Assembly: GCA_964463175.1 (NCBI GenBank)
Contig: CAYXBJ010000112.1
Location: 1,331-65,330, forward strand
Direction of reading: 5' to 3'
DNA: 64,000 bases
From: an uncultured bacterium
GTDB taxonomy: Bacteria; Methylomirabilota; Methylomirabilia; Rokubacteriales; DASRDR01
Shown here in pieces: positions 9,202-16,828 of the stretch; position 1 is the stretch's first letter; every line of letters starts with the position of its first letter. Under the pieces are notes generated by a model. It did no database searches, was not told where the DNA came from, and saw nothing but the letters and a program-made list of their open reading frames with translations. The translations under genes and the position numbers were made by a program.

Positions 9202-11119
9202 GGCCCGCCGCCATGCCAGGCGCTCGTACGTCATTCACGGCCGAGGCTCCCGGACGTCGAAATAGATCGTGCCAGAGCTGGACGCCCAGGATGGCCCACA
9301 AAAGCTGCCCGTCGGAGCGCGCGTCGGCGCGGTGGCGAGCCACCAGGGCCTGCACCGCGGCCGCATCGAAATAGCCGTCTCTCCGCAGGCGTTCCGCGGA
9401 CAACAGAGTCTCGGCGAATTCCGGAAGTCGCCCGCGCAGCCATGCCCCGACCGGTGCACGTAGCGGGCGCTTTCGCCGCCAGGCGATGGCCGGCGGCAGA
9501 TCCGAGGCCATCGCTCGGCGCAGGATGTACTTCTCGCGGCCCCGACGCAGGCAGAGCCGCCCCGGAATTCCGGCCGCCAGCTCGATCAATTCGTGATCGA
9601 GAAACGGCACGCGCGCTTCCAGACCGAACGCCATCGTCGTGCGGTCGAGGCTTTCGGTCATGTATCCGGCCAGCCGAGTCAGGAGGTCGTGATATCGCAG
9701 TCCGGCGAAGCGGTCACAGGGCGTGGACGGGTCACCCGGAGGGTCCTCGGCGGTAGTCCCTCCACCGAGCTGAGCCCGGAGATCGGCAGCGAGCAGCGTG
9801 CGGCGGGTTTCGCCGCCGAGCGGGCCGGCCAGACAGGCGTATCGGGGGAGGTCCATCTCGGCGGGCGCCAGCAGGAGCCGGCTCCCCCATGGCCACCGCC
9901 TGCGCCCCATCCCACCCAGGAGCAGGCCATTCCGGAGCCACCGCGGGAGCCGTGACGCCGAATGCAGGAGGCGGTCGCCGAGATGCCACGCATAGCCACC
10001 GAAGACCTCGTCCGCGCCCTCGCCGGTCAGCACCACCTTGACGCGACGAGCCGCCGTCTCGGCCAGCAAGAAACGTGGCAGATCCGGCGTATACGCGGCG
10101 GGCGTTTCCACGTGCCACAGGACCTCGGGGTAGCGGCGAAGGGATGCCGCGTCACACACGACACGCTCGTTCGGCAGCTCCTGCCCCGGAACCTGGGACA
10201 AGAGTCGCTGGCCACGTGTCTCGTCATAGTCGGCTGACTCGAAGGCGACGGTAAACGTGGGAAGTGGACCCACGATCCCGCGGGCAAGGGCCACGACCGC
10301 GCTCGAGTCCAGGCCGCCGCTGAGCCAGGCTCCCAGGCCCACGTCGGCCCGCGTATACAGCGCGACGGTCTCCGCCAGCTTCGCGTGGAGATCCTCGGCC
10401 CACTCCCGGCCGCTCCGCTCGGAAGGCCGCTCGCGGGACAGAACCTCCGCCAGCCGCCAGTATGGCCGGACCACGGAGCGTCCACTCTCGTAGACGAGCC
10501 AGTGGCCAGGCGGCAGTCTCCGGATCCCGGAGAAGAGCGTGCCGGGATCCCGCACGAAGCCGAACAGGAGGAGGTCGTCGAGCGCCCGCACGTCGAGGGG
10601 TCCGGGCTCGACGCCCCCCGCGAGGATCGCCTTCTGCTCCGATGCGAAGTGGAGGCCCGCAGGCCCCTCGAAGTAGTGGAGCGGCTTGATGCCGAGCCGA
10701 TCCCGTACGAGCCAGAGTCGTCGGCGCCGCGTGTCCCACAGCGCGAAGGCGAACATGCCGCGCAGGCGACCGACGCTTTCGACGTCGTCTTCCTCATACA
10801 GGTGGACGATGACCTCGACGTCGGAGTTCGTGCGAAATTGGTGGCCGCGGGCTTCGAGCCCGGCGCGGAGCGTCGCGTGGTTGTAGATCTCGCCGTTGCA
10901 GACGACGAGGAGCGAGCCGTCCTCGTTGCCTATGGGCTGGTCGCCGGAGGCGAGGTCGATGATGGCGAGGCGCTGGACGCCCAGGCCGATACCGGGCCCG
11001 GTGTACACGCCGCGGCTGTCCGGCCCGCGATGCCGCAGCGTGCCCGCCATCCGTTCCACGAGCTCACGCGGCGCTGGCTGCCTCGCATCGGACAGGGCCA
11101 CACCGGCGATTCCGCACAC
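9194..11119 (-). CDS. Asparagine synthetase (glutamine-hydrolysing) family amidotransferase (AsnB/WbpS-like)
   Basis: Begins V/M-CGIAG, i.e. the Ntn glutaminase nucleophile Cys is directly after the start codon. SGGLDSS PP-loop ATP pyrophosphatase motif present. 641 aa. GTG start 11117-11119 is preceded by a GGAGGA RBS (spacing 5). Confidence 0.85.
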   Translation of the reverse strand: MCGIAGVALSDARQPAPRELVERMAGTLRHRGPDSRGVYTGPGIGLGVQRLAIIDLASGDQPIGNEDGSLLVVCNGEIYNHATLRAGLEARGHQFRTNSDVEVIVHLYEEDDVESVGRLRGMFAFALWDTRRRRLWLVRDRLGIKPLHYFEGPAGLHFASEQKAILAGGVEPGPLDVRALDDLLLFGFVRDPGTLFSGIRRLPPGHWLVYESGRSVVRPYWRLAEVLSRERPSERSGREWAEDLHAKLAETVALYTRADVGLGAWLSGGLDSSAVVALARGIVGPLPTFTVAFESADYDETRGQRLLSQVPGQELPNERVVCDAASLRRYPEVLWHVETPAAYTPDLPRFLLAETAARRVKVVLTGEGADEVFGGYAWHLGDRLLHSASRLPRWLRNGLLLGGMGRRRWPWGSRLLLAPAEMDLPRYACLAGPLGGETRRTLLAADLRAQLGGGTTAEDPPGDPSTPCDRFAGLRYHDLLTRLAGYMTESLDRTTMAFGLEARVPFLDHELIELAAGIPGRLCLRRGREKYILRRAMASDLPPAIAWRRKRPLRAPVGAWLRGRLPEFAETLLSAERLRRDGYFDAAAVQALVARHRADARSDGQLLWAILGVQLWHDLFRRPGASAVNDVRAPGMAAGHA

Positions 11120-11205
11120 GCGCGAATCCTCCAGATCCCCTGTCGGGAAGGCGCGGCCAGTATGACACGCGGGCCGGCGCAGTTACCGGCCGGCGCACCC
11201 GATGG

Positions 11206-11742
11206 CTACACTCCGCGCGCCGTCGTCCAGCGCCGCTGGACCATCGGAACGGCCATGGCGGTGCGCCACGTCGTCGACGCCCCGAGCGCGCCCAGAACCA
11301 CCAGGCTCAGCGCGATGCCGACGGGCCACGGGGCGACCATGAACCCGAGAGCCGTCGCCAGCTCGCGCCCGGCGAACCAGTCCGTGACGATCTTCGCGAG
11401 CTGCATGTTGAGGAGCACGCCGCCCGCGCCGCTGACGAGTCGGCCGCCCGCGACCACCGGCCACGACTGGCCGATCACCAGGGCCGCGCCGCCGAGCGTC
11501 ATCAGTGCGAGCGCCGACAGGACGACCGCGCGATCGCCGAATCGCGCGCCGAGAAGACCTCCGGGCATCGCGAGGACCGCGCCGGGCAGGAGATAGAGCC
11601 CGATCAGCGTGCCGAGCTGCGCGTAGCTGAGGCCGAGGTCCGCCACCGGGAGCGGACCCACGGCCGCGGCCGACTGGAACTGGAAGGCCATGGCGGTCCG
11701 CGCCACCACCACGAGGCCGAGGACGGCCCATCGGCTTTGCAC
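11206..11742 (-). pseudogene. MFS transporter N-terminal half only (6 TM, 178 aa). Probable truncated remnant
   Basis: MFS-like TM helices (motif A-like GARFGDR) but the ORF stops after about six helices. Only 87 nt separate the stop from the asnB-like start, so there is no room for a C-terminal half. Confidence 0.45.
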
Positions 11743-11861
11743 GCGCCAAGGCTACTCAATTGCCGGCTGTCGTGGAACCCGACAGTCCGGACGGTCCCCG
11801 GCTGAATAGGCCCCCGGCGCCCTCCATCCAATTGGTCGTGAACAAGGAGGAGGACACGACA

Positions 11862-12359
11862 ATGAAGAAGATTCTGGTAGCCGCTCTGGTCCTGCCGGTG
11901 GCGCTGCTGGGCGCCGCGCGGCCCGCCAAGGCCAGCGACAAGGCCGCGGCGATCTTCGCCGGTGTGGCGGCGGGCGTCGGCGCCGCGCTGATCTTCGATG
12001 CGCTCGTCCCGCACCCCGTGGTGGTGGCCCCGGCGCCGGTCATCGTCCAGGCGCCCCCGCCGCCGCCGGTTGTGTACCAGCCGGCGCCCGTGGTGTATCA
12101 GGCGCCGCCCCCGGTGGTGTATCAGCCGGCGCCCGTGGTATATCAGGCGCTGCCCCCGGTCGTGTATGAGGCCGCGCCCGTGGTATATCAGGCGCCGCCG
12201 CGGGTCGTGTACCGGGCGCCAGTGGTGGTCCAGGCGCCGCCCCGTGTGATCGTGAAGCACCCCCGTCGCGTCGTTTACACGCCGGGTCCGGCCTACGTCC
12301 GTGACGGCCACGGCCACTGGGTGACGCCGCCGCCGGCCCGGGAGCTCTACCAGCGCTAG
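11862..12359 (+). CDS. Secreted proline-rich tandem-repeat protein (about seven repeats of P-V-V-Y-Q-A-P)
   Basis: AGGAGG RBS 7 nt upstream of ATG 11862. Signal peptide MKKILVAALVLPVALLGAARPAKA. Body of 21-nt repeats. The track ORF 11760..12359 has a non-coding-like extension. Confidence 0.6.
   Translation: MKKILVAALVLPVALLGAARPAKASDKAAAIFAGVAAGVGAALIFDALVPHPVVVAPAPVIVQAPPPPPVVYQPAPVVYQAPPPVVYQPAPVVYQALPPVVYEAAPVVYQAPPRVVYRAPVVVQAPPRVIVKHPRRVVYTPGPAYVRDGHGHWVTPPPARELYQR
12036..12245 (+). repeat. Tandem 21-nt (heptad-codon) repeats inside the proline-rich protein gene
   Basis: Visible repeats ccggtggtgtatcaggcgccg / cccgtggtatatcaggcgctg etc. encoding PVVYQAP variants. Confidence 0.6.
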
Positions 12360-12386
12360 CCAGTCGCACGGTCCCGATCGGCTCGA

Positions 12387-12422
12387 CAGCGGGCGACTCC
12401 AGGTCGCCCGCTGTTCGTTTGT
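12387..12422 (+). terminator. Rho-independent terminator downstream of the repeat-protein gene
   Basis: Perfect 11-bp stem cagcgggcgac / gtcgcccgctg with 5-nt loop, followed by the T-rich tract ttcgtttgt. Confidence 0.65.
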
Positions 12423-12603
12423 CCCGCCCGAAATCCGGGGCCCGTCCGTGGGCTCACTGCGAGCCGTGTAGTACCCTCGAACCCGCCGTGAACAAGCGCT
12501 CGAACGAGGACTGGCTGCGCGAGCTCCGCGCGAGCGGCGAGGGCCAGGCCGCCGCGGTCGGCGACCTCCGTGCCTATCAGCGGCAACGCGGAGGTGCTTA
12601 GAG

Positions 12604-13521
12604 TTAGCCCGCTTGCTGGAACAGCGCGTAGCGCTCCGCCAGGAACTCGGGATTGGGGCGCGAGTCCGCGCGTCGGGGAATTGTGATCTTCGTGCCCTGG
12701 AATCTCAGGAGTCCGTGTTGAAGCGTGGGGCCGTCCTTCTCGCGCAAAATGTCTACCCGGAGTTCCACCGTCAGGTCAGGGCGGATTCCGAGTAAATGCC
12801 GATCGAATGCTGCGTGGTGAAGACTGCACAGGGCGAGGCCATTGGGGACCACCGGCTCCCCCCGCGGGTGTCCGTCGGGCAGAATGTGCGCCGCATCGAG
12901 TAGTTCCCGGTGCCGGAAGCGACAGACGGCACACTGCTCCCGATACGCGTGGAGAATGCGCTCCCGGAACGCGCGCTGATGGACCCGCTGGAGCGCGACC
13001 CTCGTGACGTACCGCCGACGCACGTCTGCCGCGAGCATCTGGTCGGGGCTCCCCGTCGAGAAGAGGCGATCACGATCTTCGATCAGTACGGTGAAACAGA
13101 GCCCCCGCGGATCATCCTCCACGATATAGGCGGGCCAGTCAGCCACATACCGGCCGGGAACGATGCCGTGCAAGTACACGAGCGGGGTACGTCGCTGCAT
13201 GGCCAATCGCAGGCCTATGTTGTCACGGTGTGCAGGATCAGTCCCCCTGTATCGGTAACGAATGACACCATCAGGCCCGATCTCGTCGTCATACGGGCGC
13301 GGACGTCCTGCAACCGCGGGGGCCGTAGCTATGCTGAGCGGCATGTCGGGCAGGATGGCGGGCTTGAAGATTCCCTGTGGGCCGAGCAGGGGCACGCGGC
13401 GGCCCTCGAAATCAAAACCACGCAGAAGTGCCTCGTACGGCAGGGTGTCTGGATGGCGGAGTGTTAGCTCCCCGAGGAACTGAAAGGCCGCAAGTCGCAC
13501 ACGACTGTCGAGGTCGCCCAC
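12604..13521 (-). CDS. Putative modification-dependent (type IV) restriction endonuclease: N-terminal SRA/YDG-like domain + C-terminal HNH (HNH_2) nuclease
   Basis: C-terminal CAVCRF...LLDAAHILP...NGLALCSLHHAAFD matches the HNH_2-type Zn-finger nuclease. N-terminal YDDEIGPDGVIRYRYRGTDP resembles the SRA/YDG base-flipping motif (Y-E/D-D-D...G...Y.Y.G.G). The gene has clearly lower GC and atypical codons (AGT, CTT, TTT, ATA, GAT) compared with its neighbours. Confidence 0.6.
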   Translation of the reverse strand: MGDLDSRVRLAAFQFLGELTLRHPDTLPYEALLRGFDFEGRRVPLLGPQGIFKPAILPDMPLSIATAPAVAGRPRPYDDEIGPDGVIRYRYRGTDPAHRDNIGLRLAMQRRTPLVYLHGIVPGRYVADWPAYIVEDDPRGLCFTVLIEDRDRLFSTGSPDQMLAADVRRRYVTRVALQRVHQRAFRERILHAYREQCAVCRFRHRELLDAAHILPDGHPRGEPVVPNGLALCSLHHAAFDRHLLGIRPDLTVELRVDILREKDGPTLQHGLLRFQGTKITIPRRADSRPNPEFLAERYALFQQAG

Positions 13522-13639
13522 GTCATCGCCTGAGTGGGCGCGAGCCTACGGCAGGATCGACAGACCTGCAACATCGGGTCACAACGTGCAGTCCCCTGGT
13601 CCCGAACCGACCTGGACGTTGTCGAGTGGCGATCTCGTC

Positions 13640-15622
13640 TCAGATCGCGCGGCCGACGCGCGCGGCGTCCAGCATGGCGAGGAGAAGCGTCCGGGGCGCG
13701 TAGGCGTCGCCGATGAGATGGAGGGCGGGCGCGTCCTCCCGCCCCGCGGTGAGCGTGGCGAGCTCGTGATAGAGCTGGTCCCGCGCCTGGCCGCCCGAGG
13801 CAAGGATCACCGTGTCGGCGGGGATCGTCCACTCGGCGTCCGTCAGCATGTGGCGCACGCGCACGCGGCCCGCGTCGATGGCGACGGGCGCCGCCAGCAC
13901 GGTGATCGTCACGCCCTGGCGCAGGAGGCGCTCGAGCAGCTTGGCGCGGAGAGTGGTGCCGATGTCCTCGCCGAGGCTGTACTGGCGCGTGACGATCTCG
14001 ACGGCGTGGCCGGCCTGGCTGAGCGCATCGGCCACCTTCGGTCCGGGGGTATAGCTCGTCTCGTCCAGGATCACGGCGCGCCCGCGGATCGGCGCGGTCC
14101 CGGCCAGCACGTCGGTCGCGGAAACGACGTGCGCCCGGTCGACGCCGGGCAGCCGCGGCCGGCGCGGATCGGCGCCGGTCGCCACGACCACGGCGTCCGG
14201 GCGCTCCGCGAGCACCGCCGTCGCGGTCGCGGCCACGCCGAGCCGCACCTCGACCTTCAGCCGGCTGATCTGCCGGGCGAGCCAGTCGATCGCGGTCGCG
14301 TAGGCTTCCCATCCCGGCGCCCGCGCCGCAATCCGCAGCGCGCCGCCCAGGCGGCCCTCGCGTTCGAGGAGCGTCACGCCATGGCCGCGCTCGGCCAGGA
14401 CGCGCGCCGCCTCCATGCCGGCCGGGCCGCCGCCGACGACCAGGACCCGCCGCGCGGTGGCCGCCGGAACCAGCGTGCCCCACTCGCGCTCGCGCCCGAT
14501 AACGGGATTCTGGACGCAGCCGATCGGCAGCCCGAAGTAGAGGCGGTCGATGCAGCCCTCCGCCGAGCCCATGCACACGCGGATGTCGTCGAGCCGGCCC
14601 TCGCGCGCCTTCCGCGGCAGCTCCGGATCGGCGATCAGGGCGCGCGTCATGCCCACGAGATCCGCCGCGCCGCTCCGGAGCACCTCCTCGGCCTGAGTCG
14701 GCGTCACGATCCGCCCGGTGACGATCACCGGCGTCCGCACCGCCGCTTTGATGCGGGCCGCTAGGTGCACGAACGGGCCGAGCCCGTAGTACGCCGAGGG
14801 ATTGTTGTAGCCCCGCGAGCGGAACGTCGAGATCGTCCCGCCGGTGACTGTGAAGTAGTCGAGCTGACCGGTCCGGTCCAGTCGCGTGATGATCTCGAGC
14901 AGCTCGTCCGGCTGGAGGCCCTCCGGCAGCGCGTCGTCGCCCGAGATCCGCGCGCCGACGACGAAGTCGCGGCTCACCGCGCCGCGCACCGCCTCGAGCA
15001 CCTCGAGCGAGAAGCGCATCCGGTTGTCGAGACTCCCGCCGTACTGATCGGTCCGCAGGTTGATGGCGGGACTCCAGAACTGGTCGGGCAGCTGGTCGGC
15101 GTAGAACGCGAGATCGGCACCGTCGAAGCCGCACGCCTGGAGACGCCGGCACGACGCGGCGTAATCGTCGACCATCCGGCGGATCTCGCCCACCGACAGC
15201 ACGTGAGGGATCCCCGGCGAGAGCTGGCTCGACGTGGCGGAGGGACCCGAGCCGCACCGGTCGAGGTGGTGATAGCTGCGCCGGCCGCTCGAGGTGACCT
15301 GGCTCAGCGCGAGCGCGCCATGCGCCTTGACGGCCCGGGCGGCCGCCCGGAGCCCGGGCTCGGCGGCCGGATGCCAGAGGTTGACGTGATTCGGCGGCGT
15401 CGGGGTCTGCGGCGACGCGGAGGCGGACCCGAACATCATCACGGTTCCGCAGCCGCCGGCCGCCTTCGCCGCGTGATAGGCGATGATCCGCTCGCCCGGC
15501 GCGCCGTCGACGGCCATGTTCGTGCCGTGGCTCGTCGAGACGATCCGGTTCGGCGCCTCCGCGTGGCCGCGCGGGCCGAAGCGAAACGGGCTGAAGAGGA
15601 GGGGGAACGGCGACGGGGCCAT
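13640..15622 (-). CDS. OYE-type NADH:flavin oxidoreductase with 4Fe-4S and C-terminal FAD/NAD(P)-binding domain (2,4-dienoyl-CoA reductase / trimethylamine-dehydrogenase family)
   Basis: N-terminal LFSPFRFG...HGAHGYL-type old-yellow-enzyme TIM barrel. Cys cluster VCMGSAEGCIDR...IGCVQNP. GxGxxG Rossmann motif (VVGGGPAGMEAA). 660 aa. Confidence 0.8.
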   Translation of the reverse strand: MAPSPFPLLFSPFRFGPRGHAEAPNRIVSTSHGTNMAVDGAPGERIIAYHAAKAAGGCGTVMMFGSASASPQTPTPPNHVNLWHPAAEPGLRAAARAVKAHGALALSQVTSSGRRSYHHLDRCGSGPSATSSQLSPGIPHVLSVGEIRRMVDDYAASCRRLQACGFDGADLAFYADQLPDQFWSPAINLRTDQYGGSLDNRMRFSLEVLEAVRGAVSRDFVVGARISGDDALPEGLQPDELLEIITRLDRTGQLDYFTVTGGTISTFRSRGYNNPSAYYGLGPFVHLAARIKAAVRTPVIVTGRIVTPTQAEEVLRSGAADLVGMTRALIADPELPRKAREGRLDDIRVCMGSAEGCIDRLYFGLPIGCVQNPVIGREREWGTLVPAATARRVLVVGGGPAGMEAARVLAERGHGVTLLEREGRLGGALRIAARAPGWEAYATAIDWLARQISRLKVEVRLGVAATATAVLAERPDAVVVATGADPRRPRLPGVDRAHVVSATDVLAGTAPIRGRAVILDETSYTPGPKVADALSQAGHAVEIVTRQYSLGEDIGTTLRAKLLERLLRQGVTITVLAAPVAIDAGRVRVRHMLTDAEWTIPADTVILASGGQARDQLYHELATLTAGREDAPALHLIGDAYAPRTLLLAMLDAARVGRAI

Positions 15623-15665
15623 TGCTGCGCGGGGTCCGGTCCGGGTCAGTCGGCCCTGGCCCGCG

Positions 15666-16685
15666 TCACCGTCCGCGCGCCGGCGCGCCGGGCTTCACCG
15701 CCCGCGCGACGGCCGCGATGTGCTCCGGTCGCATCCCGCAGCAGCCGCCGACGATGGCGTAGCCCTCGCCCACGTAGCGCCGCGCGTGATCGGCCAGCTC
15801 CTCCGGCGAGACCGTGTGCTCCCAGCGCCACTGGTACATGTCGTAGCGCCCGTTGTTGGGATAGACGCCGAGCGGCAGGGACGTGAAGCCGCGGAGCCAC
15901 GGCGCCACCCCGTGGGCATTCGCCGGCGGCAGGCAGTGGACCAGCACGGCGCCGGCGCCCACCTCCTCGAGGCGCCGGGCAGCGCGCCCGAACAGATCGC
16001 CGTCCGCCGGCAGCGCGTCGCCGAAGATGCCGACCGGGCCACCCACGCCGCGGCGGTATGCGACCCACAGGGGGACTCCCGTCGCGACGAGCGTCCCGTA
16101 GTGCGGGAAGCTCAGATCCTCGGGGATGGGCGGCGCCAGCTCGACGAGGAACGCGTCCGGCGGCTCCGACTCGAGGGCTCGCGCGAGGTCGCGGAGGTAC
16201 TCGTGCGAGACCATCTCCTTCCAGTCCTTGCTGCCGCGACCGCTGCTCGCCCGGTTGTCGGGCCAGTCGGCCTTCGGCGAGTCCTGGATCATCATCGCGA
16301 AGACGACCGCGAGGTCCGGCCGGCCCCCCTCGCGCGCTGCCTCGCGAGCCAGGCGCACGCTGAGCCGCGCCTTCTCGCGCCACGTCCCGGCCGGCACGGC
16401 CAGGTCCCCGTCCTGCTCCATGCGCACGCACCGGTGGAACATGAAGGTGTTCGTGAGGAGGATGTCGGCGCCGGCGTCGACGTAGCGCCGGTGCATCGCC
16501 TTCACCGTCTCGGGAGCCTCGTAGAGCCCGAGCGTCCCCCAGGTGAAGTTCACCGGGCGGTCGGCCCGGGCCGGAGGATAGCCCATGGCCTGGAGCTCCG
16601 AGCCGATCCCGCCGTCCATGACGGTCGGCTCCCCGCGCGCCCACCGCGCCTTGAGCTGACGATAGACCGACGATTCGTGGCTCAT
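15666..16685 (-). CDS. Homocysteine S-methyltransferase (MmuM/BHMT family)
   Basis: MDGGIGSEL...ILLTNTF...GGCCG (C-terminal Zn-binding Cys pair) is typical of Pfam S-methyl_trans. Start ATG 16683-16685. Confidence 0.75.
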   Translation of the reverse strand: MSHESSVYRQLKARWARGEPTVMDGGIGSELQAMGYPPARADRPVNFTWGTLGLYEAPETVKAMHRRYVDAGADILLTNTFMFHRCVRMEQDGDLAVPAGTWREKARLSVRLAREAAREGGRPDLAVVFAMMIQDSPKADWPDNRASSGRGSKDWKEMVSHEYLRDLARALESEPPDAFLVELAPPIPEDLSFPHYGTLVATGVPLWVAYRRGVGGPVGIFGDALPADGDLFGRAARRLEEVGAGAVLVHCLPPANAHGVAPWLRGFTSLPLGVYPNNGRYDMYQWRWEHTVSPEELADHARRYVGEGYAIVGGCCGMRPEHIAAVARAVKPGAPARGR

Positions 16686-16828
16686 GGGTCTCGACGCGCG
16701 GCATGATATACGCGCCTCGGTTTCCGCCACAAGGCGTCATGCCGCGCGCGGCGATGAATCGATCGCGCGAGGCCCGCCGCCGGGCGCCCCGCGAGCCGAG
16801 ACCGCGAGGTCACGGCCGATCGCGGGCG

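Noticed and set aside
9194-11119. Considered whether the AsnB-like protein is a lasso-peptide lactam synthetase
   Set aside because: It retains the N-terminal Cys nucleophile directly after the start codon and is 641 aa, a true glutamine amidotransferase. No precursor peptide, B-protease or ABC exporter gene is adjacent.
13464-15257. 597-aa minus-strand ORF overlapping the OYE/FeS flavoenzyme gene in another frame, and the 392-aa plus ORF at 13586..14764
   Set aside because: Both are Arg/Pro/Gly-rich out-of-frame or antisense shadows. The 660-aa frame (13640..15622) has clear OYE, Fe-S and Rossmann motifs.
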